NCBI GenBank assembly: GCA_963757665.1
Contig: CAVWSY010000002.1
Span: forward strand, 476,797 to 540,796
DNA: 64,000 nucleotides
Source of the DNA: an uncultured Actinomycetota bacterium
GTDB taxonomy: Bacteria > Actinomycetota > Actinomycetes > Propionibacteriales > Nocardioidaceae
Direction: 5' to 3'
Shown here: positions 55,203 to 63,707 of the stretch, piece by piece
Layout of the letters: every line of letters begins with the position of its first letter
Position numbering within the stretch: the first letter of the stretch is position 1
The notes under the pieces: model-generated
What the model was told of the DNA's origin: nothing
The model's database searches: none
The model's input: the letters and a program-made list of their open reading frames with translations, nothing else
Position numbers and translations under genes: made by a program

Positions 55203-55429
55203 GTCGTCTCCTCGGTCGGAACGGTGGCCGTCACCATGCGGTCCGCCATCCAGGGGCCGCCATACCAGTCCCGCCAACCCAAAGCGCGCTGACTGAAGTC
55301 GACCAGGCCGTCCTCGGGCAGCCCGCGGACGTGGTCGACGGTGTGCAGGATGTGCACCAGCACCAGGCGACCGCCCGGCCGCACCGCGCGGGCAACCTCG
55401 TGAACGGCCCGCTGACTCCTGCTCGTCAT
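55199..55429 (-). CDS. 76-aa ORF corresponding to only the C-terminal part of a class I SAM methyltransferase
   Basis: AVHEVARAVRPGGRLVLV is the post-motif-II block, and motif I is absent. ATGA overlaps on both sides keep it in the operon frame chain. Confidence 0.45.
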   Translation of the reverse strand: MTSRSQRAVHEVARAVRPGGRLVLVHILHTVDHVRGLPEDGLVDFSQRALGWRDWYGGPWMADRMVTATVPTEETT

Positions 55430-56718
55430 GCCCGGACTCGCCGCGCTTCGAGACTGCCGAACTCGACGATGTCGCGCCGCAGCACCACGGAGAGCAGGCC
55501 GTCGGCGAGGATGCGCCACCGGCGCGACCCCGACGGCACCACGCGCACGTGGTAGGCGCGGGTGATGAGCCCACCCAGTCGGCCGCGGGCGTGAAGACCG
55601 AGGATACGAGCGATGCCCCTGCCGCGCCCGAGCGTGGCGCCCTCACCAATGCTGCGGTATCCGTAGGGGGCGACGTCGCCGTCAAGGGAGCGTACGACGG
55701 CGCGCGCCTGTCGTACGGCGTGCTGACAGGTAGGCGGATCGGGTCTAAGTGGCGTCGCCGTGTTGGGCACCCGAGCGTTGTCACCCAGAGCCCAGATACC
55801 TGTGCGCCCCTCCACGCGCAACGCCGGGTCGACCACGATCCGGCCACGCTCGTCGACCGGCAGCCCGAGCGCTTGGACCACCCGATGGGAAGTCACCCCG
55901 GCTGTCCACACGACTGTCTCGGTCTCGACTCGGCGACCGTCAGCGAGGGTGACCGACTCTGCCTCCACGGACCTCAGGGTCGAAGAGCTGAGTATCTCGA
56001 CCCCCTGGGTCCGCAAGAGGGAAGCCGTGTAGTTCGCGAGCTTCTCCGGGACCTCGGCGAGGATCTCGGGTCCGGCTTCGATGAGGACCCACCGATGTGG
56101 AACCTGTCTCAGTTTCGGAAAGTGTCGCATGGCGTCCTGGACGAGCTGCCTGATCTCGGTGAGTGCCTCCACGCCGGCATAACCTGCCCCCACGAAGACG
56201 AAGGAGAGGTAGCGCGTCGCGTTGGTCGGGTCGGCCTCTGCCGTCTCGAGCTTCCGGATGACGTGGTTGCGCAGATGGATGGCATCGCCGAGACCCTTGA
56301 AGGTGATGGCGTGGTCGGCGAGTCCCGGGATGGGGAGCATCCGAGCGGTGGAGCCGAGCGCGATGACCAGGCGCTCGTAGGCGATCTCAACCATGCCGAG
56401 CTCCGTGTGCACCGCGACGGTCCGGCCCACCTCGTCCAAGGCGACCGCCCTTCCTCGTACTAGCTCGGCATGGGGGCACATCATCCGCAGGGGCACGACG
56501 GCGCGTCTGGGTTCGACGGCTCCGGCCGCCACCTCAGGGAGGAGCGGGGTGAAGAGCATGGCGCCCTCGGGGTCGACGACGGTGGCGCCTGCGGTGCCGA
56601 GCAGTCGCGCCACATGTGCGCCACCGAACCCGCCGCCGAGGATCAGCGTCCCGTTCTTGGCTACTCGGCTCACAAGGCTCCGGGCAGACGACGCCGGCGA
56701 GACAGTGCTGGCAGCCAT
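55426..56718 (-). CDS. ndh: type II NADH dehydrogenase (NDH-2) / FAD-dependent pyridine nucleotide-disulfide oxidoreductase
   Basis: LILGGGFGGAHVA and FVFVGAGYAGVEALTE dinucleotide-binding motifs. 430 aa. Confidence 0.85.
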   Translation of the reverse strand: MAASTVSPASSARSLVSRVAKNGTLILGGGFGGAHVARLLGTAGATVVDPEGAMLFTPLLPEVAAGAVEPRRAVVPLRMMCPHAELVRGRAVALDEVGRTVAVHTELGMVEIAYERLVIALGSTARMLPIPGLADHAITFKGLGDAIHLRNHVIRKLETAEADPTNATRYLSFVFVGAGYAGVEALTEIRQLVQDAMRHFPKLRQVPHRWVLIEAGPEILAEVPEKLANYTASLLRTQGVEILSSSTLRSVEAESVTLADGRRVETETVVWTAGVTSHRVVQALGLPVDERGRIVVDPALRVEGRTGIWALGDNARVPNTATPLRPDPPTCQHAVRQARAVVRSLDGDVAPYGYRSIGEGATLGRGRGIARILGLHARGRLGGLITRAYHVRVVPSGSRRWRILADGLLSVVLRRDIVEFGSLEARRVRA

Positions 56719-56719
56719 C

Positions 56720-57214
56720 TCAAGATCTCCGCACGAGACATGTTGCGCCGCCGATGGCTACGACCCGCTCGTTCGCGTCCACGATGCGTGCCGAGGCGAT
56801 CATTGTGCTCCTGCCCTGATGATCGACCTGGCCAGTGCAGACCAGCGGCCCGTCCGCGAGGAGGGCCGGGCGCAGGAAGCGCACGTTGAGCTCTCCGGTG
56901 ACGTACCCGACGGCCGCCGGGAGCAGCGAGTGGACCGCACACCCCATGGCGGTGTCCATCACCGCAGCGAGCACGCCGCCGTGGACGATGCCGAACGGGT
57001 TGAGGTGGAATTCCCCGATGTCCAACCGGAACGTCACCCGGCCGGGATCCGCCTCGACGGGCTCGATCCCCAGCGTCCGCACCGCCGGCGGCAGTGGCAG
57101 GGTGCCGGCACCGATGGCGCGCAGGACGGACAGCCCGTCCTGGTCGAGTCCGGCAAAGGCGGTGGGAGATGGGTCGTCCCTGTCATAGGTGCGTTGACGC
57201 GTGTCGGTCGACAT
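56720..57214 (-). CDS. PaaI-family hotdog-fold thioesterase
   Basis: 164 aa with the NPFGIVHGGVLAAVMDTAMG core. Stop lies 1 nt before the NDH-2 start. Confidence 0.85.
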   Translation of the reverse strand: MSTDTRQRTYDRDDPSPTAFAGLDQDGLSVLRAIGAGTLPLPPAVRTLGIEPVEADPGRVTFRLDIGEFHLNPFGIVHGGVLAAVMDTAMGCAVHSLLPAAVGYVTGELNVRFLRPALLADGPLVCTGQVDHQGRSTMIASARIVDANERVVAIGGATCLVRRS

Positions 57215-58010
57215 GTGTACCTCCTGTGTCAGGGCGTCGGTCGACGCCGTGTGGCGGGGAACCTTGGCGGCGCAGGGCGAGGTACGCGAGGACGGCGACG
57301 AAGGCGTACTCGGCAGACATCAGCAGGCTCAGCCGGGTGGCATCAGCGCCGTCCACCATCGTGAAGAAGAACGAGCCACCGGCGGCGTTGAGGCTCGTGT
57401 GCCAGACCGCCGCCAGGGACCAGTTGCCGCCGCGGACGACCAGCAGCACCAGCAACACCATCGTGAACGCGGCGTTGCCGACAATGCCAAGGACGATGTC
57501 CAGGTCGCCGCTGATCATCAGCGGGACGTGCCACAGGATCCGGACCACCGAGGCGATCGCCCAAGCGACGAGCAAGCCGTGCCGACGGAGCAGTATCGGC
57601 GCCATGAATGCCGTCCACCCGGCCTCTTCGCCGATCCCGATCAGGACCAGCAGGACCAGGAAGGTCCCCGGCACGTCCGGCCAGTGCGATAGCTGGTCGG
57701 AGGTCGGCAGCGGCGCGCCGAGCCCGCCGTTCACCAGGACGATGAGGACGTGCAGCACGACGGGTGCGAGCACCGCGAGCAGATACCACTTCGGGTCGGC
57801 TCGCCATCTCCAGAGCCGGCGAGCCCAGGCACGGAGCTCGACACGCCCCTGACACGAGGCCACGATGAGCGCGGCGATGATGGGGGCGATCGGCAGGTTG
57901 ATGCCGCCCGAGCCGCCGCTGAGGAAGACGCCGATCCAGATGGACCACCCGAAGAGGCAAGCCAGGACGACGAACGCGGTGAGGGGATATCTTCGAATGA
58001 CCACCCTCAT
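57183..58010 (-). CDS. CPBP family intramembrane protease
   Basis: Polytopic protein with GEEAGWT, RILWHVP and VWHTSLN motif positions. ATG 58010. Overlaps the thioesterase start by 32 nt. Confidence 0.75.
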   Translation of the reverse strand: MRVVIRRYPLTAFVVLACLFGWSIWIGVFLSGGSGGINLPIAPIIAALIVASCQGRVELRAWARRLWRWRADPKWYLLAVLAPVVLHVLIVLVNGGLGAPLPTSDQLSHWPDVPGTFLVLLVLIGIGEEAGWTAFMAPILLRRHGLLVAWAIASVVRILWHVPLMISGDLDIVLGIVGNAAFTMVLLVLLVVRGGNWSLAAVWHTSLNAAGGSFFFTMVDGADATRLSLLMSAEYAFVAVLAYLALRRQGSPPHGVDRRPDTGGTHVDRHASTHL

Positions 58011-58546
58011 GACGCGGCCCCCAGCTTCTGGACGGCTCGCGACAGCATGCCGCGCACGACGACGGGGTGGATCCGACGCACCAGGGCCGAGTAGGCGCGC
58101 CCGCGCCGGTTGTGCAGCCGTACGACGGTGCTCAGCACGACGCGGTCGGGCTCGACTAGCACGGAGGCGCGGAAGCCGAGGTGTCCCTGGTCGGTGCCGA
58201 GGAGGACCTCGTCGGGCCTCCAGTCCACGGTCGCGAAGACGTGGCTGCCGCCACGCTCGATGCCCATCAGCCGGACCAGCACGTCGCGCAGGCCGAAGAG
58301 TGCGCGGATCCACAGGGGTGGGCCGTGGAAGATCGCGTCGGCCCACTCCTGCGGGTCGTGACGCGGGGCACCGCTCGGGGTGACGACGGCGTAGGCGTCC
58401 GACCAGTCGACGTGCGAAAGCGCACCGGTGAGCAGCGGGGTGGTCGGCAGCGGGATCGAGTACACGCAGGCGGGCTCAGCGGGTGGGACGAGAGGGGAAT
58501 GGTGAGGTCTGGCACCCGGCCGGGACGAGGTGATCTGTGCGTTCAT
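58007..58546 (-). CDS. DUF2867 domain protein
   Basis: DWSDAYAV...PLWIRALFGLRDVLVRLMG...DEVLLGTDQGHLGFRASVLV...RRGRAYSALVRRIHPVVVRGML matches the DUF2867 pattern. ATGA overlap with the CPBP gene. Confidence 0.7.
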   Translation of the reverse strand: MNAQITSSRPGARPHHSPLVPPAEPACVYSIPLPTTPLLTGALSHVDWSDAYAVVTPSGAPRHDPQEWADAIFHGPPLWIRALFGLRDVLVRLMGIERGGSHVFATVDWRPDEVLLGTDQGHLGFRASVLVEPDRVVLSTVVRLHNRRGRAYSALVRRIHPVVVRGMLSRAVQKLGAAS

Positions 58547-58556
58547 GACTCTCCTT

Positions 58557-58601
58557 CCATACGCGCCCGTATGGAGGCGCACTCCGTACGGTAGCGTATG
58601 G
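58557..58601. promoter_or_regulatory. candidate TetR operator set in the 51-bp divergent intergenic region
   Basis: CCATACG-CGCC-CGTATGG palindrome (58557-58574), CCGTACGG palindrome (58584-58591), and a third CGTATGG (58595-58601) overlapping the TetR start. Confidence 0.5.
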
Positions 58602-59195
58602 GCATGGCTAGTGGGAAGCGCGAATCCTTGGGACCTTCAGACTGGACCGAGGCGGCCCTCGACGCCCTGGCCCGAGGCGGGATCACCGCCGTCGCGGTCG
58701 AACCGCTGGCGAAAGTGCTGAAGACGACGAAGGGCAGCTTCTACTGGCACTTCGCCGACCGGAACGCCCTGCTGACCGCGACCCTCGAGCTGTGGGAGCA
58801 ACGCGACACCGAGCGGGTGATCGCCAACCTCGACGCGACCCAGGACGCCCAGAGCCGACTGCGCAGACTGCTGCGGTTGACGTTCACTGCCGTCGCTGAC
58901 GGGTCTGCCGGGAGCACGGGAACCGTCGAACTCGCGCTGCAAGCGAGCGCGTCGCAACCTCTTATAAGCAACGCATTGAATCGAGTCACGACGCGACGGC
59001 TGGAACTGCTGGCCAAGCTATATGTAGAGCTCGGACTTTCGCCGGCCCGCGCCAGAGACCGTGCTCTGCTCGCCTACACCGCCTATCTCGGCCATGCCCA
59101 AGTAGCGCACGCCACGCCAGACCTCCTGCCACGCGGCCGCGCTGATCACGCACGTCGACCAGATGGTCGCGACGCTGGTCGATGCCGCCCGCTGA
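58598..59195 (+). pseudogene. TetR family transcriptional regulator with a C-terminal frameshift
   Basis: HTH ITAVAVEPLAKVLKTTKGSFYWHFADRNALL. After ...HATPDLLP (about 59105-59140) the plausible C-terminus AAALITHVDQMVATLVDAAR* (stop 59193-59195) lies in another frame. Confidence 0.65.
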
Positions 59196-59386
59196 GCCGA
59201 CACGCGCGGCCGTCCATCCACGTGTCGTGCTGTGGGTTCGGTCGCGCAGTCTGGCGCAAATGAATTGGGCACACTCGGGCGGCGACAGGGGAACCCCATG
59301 AGGGTGCTCAGACCCATGCGGGAGTGGCGAGACGCCGGCGTCTCGAGGGGTGTCGGATTCGGGATAGCCGGCGCCGTGTGCTGGTG

Positions 59387-60006
59387 TCAGCGCCTCGCGG
59401 TTGCCTCCGCGAGGCCGGCTCGGGCTTCGACGCGTTGGCGTTCGATGGCGCGGTAGACGGTGGAGCGGTCGACGCCGAAGAGTTCGGCGACTTCGAGGGT
59501 GCTGTACTCGCCGCTGTGCACTAGCGACACACCAGGTGTGCTTCCTGCTTCCTATCGAGCTTGGGCTGCTTGCCGCGGAGTCGGTCCTTGGCCTTGGCGA
59601 CCTTCATCCCCTCGACGGTGCGCAGCCGGATCAGGTCGGACTCGAACTCGGCCACCATCGTTAACACGTTGAACAAGAGCCGCCCGACCGCGTCGGGGGG
59701 GTCGTAGACCGACCCGCCCAACGAGAGGCTGATCTGCCGAGTCGTGAGTTCATCGGCGATCGCTCGAGCATCGGGCGGCGACCTGGCCAGCCGGTCCAGC
59801 TTGGTCACCACCAAGGTGTACCCGGCCCGGCACGCGGCCAGCGCTTCGCGGAGCCCTGGTCGCTCGCGGTTGGTGCCGGTCAGGCCGTGGTCGACGTAGA
59901 TCCGCTCGAGCTCGACCCCCATGCTCAGCAGCGCGTCGCGCTGCGCGGTCAGATCCTCAGAGTCAGTAGAGCGCCGGGCGTACCCGACAAGCAGTGCGCT
60001 CATCAC
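59387..60006 (-). pseudogene. serine recombinase (resolvase/invertase family), frameshifted in the linker
   Basis: Catalytic domain MSALLVGYARRSTDSEDL...TLVVTKLDRLARS ends at TAG 59521-59523. The HTH SLVHSGEYSTLEVAELFGVDRSTVYRAIER... continues in another frame to the stop at 59387-59389. Confidence 0.8.
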
Positions 60007-60248
60007 GCACCTCCATGGACGTGGGTCCGGTCAAGCCGCGGGACGCGGCCGACTCGGACATCGGGCAGCACCCGACCTCATGAGCAGCCCCTCCCCGCGA
60101 GCAACTGCAACGCCAGATGTGGCCCGCGGGCGGATCCGCTGCGTGACGGCCTCGAACTGGCCGCTCCCGGCGGCGAGAGCTCCTATAGCCGTTCGGCTAG
60201 CGGACGCTGATCCTGGCCAAGGTCGTCACTGCTGGGACTTGATCCGTC

Positions 60249-60269
60249 TAATGTTAGCCACTAACATTA
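60249..60269. promoter_or_regulatory. perfect palindrome TAATGTTAG-CCA-CTAACATTA 4 nt upstream of the TetR start
   Basis: 9-bp arms read directly, AT-rich in a 70% GC background. Typical TetR operator geometry. Confidence 0.6.
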
Positions 60270-60273
60270 CGGC

Positions 60274-60849
60274 ATGGCAACGACGACGAGCACCAGCAGG
60301 ACCGCACGCACCCGGGCACTGCTGCAAGACGCGGCGCTCAGGCTGTTTTCCGAGCAGGGGTACGACGCGACCACCGTCGAGCAGATCGCCCGGGAGGCCG
60401 GCGTCAGTCACATGACGTTCTTCCGGCACTTTGCGACGAAGGATGCCGTCGTGCTCGATGACGGCTTCGATCCGGCCATCGCGGCTGCCGTGGCCACCGC
60501 GCCGACCGAGCTCCCGCCCCTCCTACGCGTCTGCGCGGGACTCCGCGCCGCGCTCACGCACGTGGAACTGCCAGGGCAGGAGGAAGTCCGGCTCCGGGTC
60601 AGGATCGCAGCCGAGCATCCGATACTCCGCTCCGGGACGTACGCCGCGACGGAGGCCACCCAGGAAGCGATCGCGGAGGTCCTGGTCGCGGACGGTGTCA
60701 GTCCGTTCGAGGCGCGCGTCGCCTCGGCTGCTGCGCTGGCCGCACTCACCGTCGCCCTGCTCCAGTGGTGCCTCAGCGACCAAGGCGACCCGATGTCGAG
60801 CCGCCTCAGTGCCGCACTCGATGTGCTCGACGGGACGGCCACGCGATGA
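60274..60849 (+). CDS. TetR family transcriptional regulator
   Basis: ALLQDAALRLFSEQGYDATTVEQIAREAGVSHMTFFRHFATKDAV is a TetR_N HTH. Confidence 0.9.
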   Translation: MATTTSTSRTARTRALLQDAALRLFSEQGYDATTVEQIAREAGVSHMTFFRHFATKDAVVLDDGFDPAIAAAVATAPTELPPLLRVCAGLRAALTHVELPGQEEVRLRVRIAAEHPILRSGTYAATEATQEAIAEVLVADGVSPFEARVASAAALAALTVALLQWCLSDQGDPMSSRLSAALDVLDGTATR

Positions 60850-61583
60850 GCGCGCTGCAGATCCGCCGCCTGGCGCACCACTACGACGACACCGCCGTGC
60901 TGCACGACGTCGACCTCACCGTTGCCCCTGGCGAGGTGCACGCGCTGGTCGGTTTCAATGGGGCCGGAAAGTCGACCCTGATGCGCGCCGCACTGGGGAT
61001 GATCCGGCCGCAGGGTGGTGTCGTCCGCATCGATGGCGTCGAGGTCGCTCACCTCGACAGCGCGGGGTGGGGCCGTGTGGGACACCTGATCGACAGCCCG
61101 TTCGTCTACCCAGAGCTGACGGTCCGAGAGAACCTCTGGGCGGCGGCGCGGCTGCACGGTGTGCCCGCCTCCGCGGCCAGAGCCCGAGCAGACCACACGC
61201 TGGCCGACCTCGAGCTCGGACCGTGGGCGGAGCGCCGCGCAGCCGCGCTCTCCCAGGGCAACCGGCAGCGGCTCGGCCTGGGCAGCGCGCTCGTTCACAA
61301 GCCGCGCCTACTCGTCCTGGACGAACCCACCAACGCCCTCGACCCAGCCGGGGTGCTGCTCCTGCGCGAGCAGCTGCTGGCGCGCGCCGCCGCCGGGGTA
61401 GCCGCGCTGGTCTCCAGTCACCACCTGGACGAGGTGGCACGGATCGCCGACCGCGTGAGCGTCATCCATGCCGGCACCATCGTAGGCGAGCTGGACCCGC
61501 ACGGCGTCGACCTGGAACGAGCCTTCTTCGCGATGGTGCACGCCGCCGACGAGGCGACCCGGCGTGTGGAGCCGGCCCGATGA
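60846..61583 (+). CDS. ABC transporter ATP-binding protein
   Basis: ATGA overlap with TetR. Walker A GFNGAGKST, signature LSQGNRQRL, and Walker B LLVLDEPT. Confidence 0.95.
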   Translation: MSALQIRRLAHHYDDTAVLHDVDLTVAPGEVHALVGFNGAGKSTLMRAALGMIRPQGGVVRIDGVEVAHLDSAGWGRVGHLIDSPFVYPELTVRENLWAAARLHGVPASAARARADHTLADLELGPWAERRAAALSQGNRQRLGLGSALVHKPRLLVLDEPTNALDPAGVLLLREQLLARAAAGVAALVSSHHLDEVARIADRVSVIHAGTIVGELDPHGVDLERAFFAMVHAADEATRRVEPAR

Positions 61584-62344
61584 GCGCGGCGTACGCGGTC
61601 GAGGCGCTCAAGCTGCGCCGATCCCGCGTCGTCGCCGTAACCACCGTGGCGCTGCTCCTGGTGCCAGCACTGCTCGCCCGGGCCTTCCTGATCGCCGCCG
61701 AACGCGGCGGCGACGACCCGATGAGCGCCAAAGCCTCCCTCCTGCTACCCGGTGTCGGCTGGACCGGTTACCTCGGCGGCTTGATCCAGATCTACGCCAC
61801 CGCCGGCGTGGTCGGCTCCGGCATCGTGGTCGGTTGGTGCTTCGGACGGGAGTACGCCGACCGCACGGTTGTCTCGCTCTACGCCTCCGCGACCCCCCGC
61901 ACATCCGTCGCAAGGGCCAAGCTGGTGCTCCTCGCGGCGTGGTCCGTCGCGGTGGGCATCGGCGTAGCTGCTGCGGCCGCGCTGATCGGGATCGCCTCGG
62001 GCCTCGGGCTTCCCGACGCGATCGATGGGCGCACCCTCGGGCGGCTTGCGGCCCTGGCGGTCCTCTCCGGGCTCCTCGCGCTTCCCGTCGCTTTGCCTGC
62101 CAGCATCGGGCGCGGTTATCTCGCTGCCGTCGGGGGCCTGATGGTGCTCGTCGTCGCGGCCCAGGTCGCCATGGTGGCCGGCGCGGGCACCTGGTGGCCG
62201 TGGTCGGTGGCAGCAGTGTGGGCCATGGGCACGCAAGCGGGGATGGAAGCAGTCTCTCCGGCATGGGTGGCGGTGGTGCCATTGGCGGCCGCGCTGGGTG
62301 CGGCCGCCACGGTGGCATGGTGGCGGCGCGCCGAGGTCGTCTGA
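61580..62344 (+). CDS. ABC-2 type transporter permease
   Basis: ATGA overlap with the ATPase gene. 254 aa, about 6 TM segments. Confidence 0.8.
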   Translation: MSAAYAVEALKLRRSRVVAVTTVALLLVPALLARAFLIAAERGGDDPMSAKASLLLPGVGWTGYLGGLIQIYATAGVVGSGIVVGWCFGREYADRTVVSLYASATPRTSVARAKLVLLAAWSVAVGIGVAAAAALIGIASGLGLPDAIDGRTLGRLAALAVLSGLLALPVALPASIGRGYLAAVGGLMVLVVAAQVAMVAGAGTWWPWSVAAVWAMGTQAGMEAVSPAWVAVVPLAAALGAAATVAWWRRAEVV

Positions 62345-62559
62345 CCCGCAGTTGCCACGCGGTGCCCCCAATCCCGGTCGTCACCCACAACATCTGGGAG
62401 CTCGGGCAGGCGGCGTACCCGCGGGGGATCCGCCAATGGGACGGTCATGGCACCAACTGACGCGGTGTGGTCGTGGTGATCACCCGCGGCGCGGCGTCTG
62501 CGTGGGAGCGGGCCACCTCGCGCGCGACCGTGGACGCCGCGGGGGTGGCGGGACGTCGT

Positions 62560-63461
62560 CGCCTCGTCGTCTGCTCGGGAGGCGAACGTGCTGCGGTCGA
62601 GGACGAACAGCTGGGCGACCATGACCGAGACGGCGGCCGCCAGGGTGAGTAGCCCGCCGGCGAGGAACGCCATCGCTGCTCCGGGCGAGTTGGAGCGCAA
62701 CGAAGAGATCGCCACCAGCACGAGGACGAGAAGGAAACCGACCACGGTCGCGATCAGGAAGGTCGAAATCAGGAGTCGCCGCCTTTGAGGTGCCAACGGG
62801 GGCGGCGCCGGGTCGGGTGGCGCGACCCCGGCTGCCAGCACCATCACGACCGAGGCGACGCCCGCCCAGAACCCGACGTTGAGAAACGCCGCGATCGAGT
62901 CGCCGGCGCGGTGCCACCCGGCCGACATGGTGGCCAGGGCGATCAGCACGGCTAAGACACCGCCAACCGGGCCCAGCGGCCGTCGAAGTTGCGCCGGGAC
63001 GACGATCACGAGGGCCACCGCGACTGAGAAGACGGCCGTCGTGTGGCCACTGGGCAGGCTGTTGTGAGTGGCTGGGGTGACCTCGCTCAAACCTAGGTCG
63101 GGCCGAGACAGCAGCTGGGCCTTCAACAGCCAGGTGGCGCCGTTCGCCGCCACGAGCAGCGCAGCCGCCGTCAGCCCGGAAACCCGGCGCAGCCGGACCA
63201 GGGCGATCAGAACGATCAGGGCGAGCCCGTCCAACAGGGTGGCCACGGACACGACGCCCAGCGCTTGTCGACTGCCCGGGCGACGCCGTCCTGGATGAGC
63301 AGAGCACCACGCCGGGAGGCGTCGCCGAACTCACGACCCGGCCTGGTGCGTACGGTCACCAGGTAGACCGCGAGGAACCCGACAGCGGAACCGACCGCGA
63401 GCAGGGCCGCAGGGGTCAGGTTGCCACAGAGCCCCCACTTTCTGCTTGCGTCCACGACCAC
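62560..63461 (-). pseudogene. PAP2 superfamily phosphatase, paralogue of 51370-52260, frameshifted
   Basis: The N-terminus in ORF 63216-63461 (VGFLAVYLVTVRTRPGREFGDASRRGALL) parallels the first paralogue. The frame changes near 63255 to ...ALGVVSVATLLDG... carrying KAQLLSRP, PSGHT and WHRAGD. The open frame runs on to 62116 into the convergent ABC gene, so the true 3' end is uncertain. Confidence 0.7.
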
Positions 63462-63553
63462 CGCCTCTTATGTCGTCGTGCCATCATCCGACAGCGGCGA
63501 GGCGATGTCTGCTCCGGTGTTGACTTGAGCGCTCGCATCCGGCTCCGCTCAGC

Positions 63554-63577
63554 GATCGGCACGCGGAGCGTGACCGA
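63554..63577 (-). terminator. hairpin ATCGG-CACGC-GGA-GCGTG-(A)-CCGAT downstream of the USP gene
   Basis: Read directly. It shares the core CACGCGGAGCGTGACC with 53979-53996. No U-tract. Confidence 0.2.
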
Positions 63578-63707
63578 TAGCCGATCGGCTGCTCGTCGTC
63601 GAGCGGGGCTGGTGCTGTCCCGGTCTCGTGGTGGCTGCTCGACCACCTCACGCACGAGTTCTTGCTCGCTGATCGGTGCCCGCACCCGATCGACCGCTTC
63701 GAGGGAC

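Noticed and set aside
63416-63685. 89-aa ORF downstream of the USP gene (…LSVTLRVPIAERSRM…).
   Set aside because: It has moderate codon bias only, an Arg-rich tail and no recognisable family. The region that resembles 53960-54000 is better explained as a shared hairpin motif.
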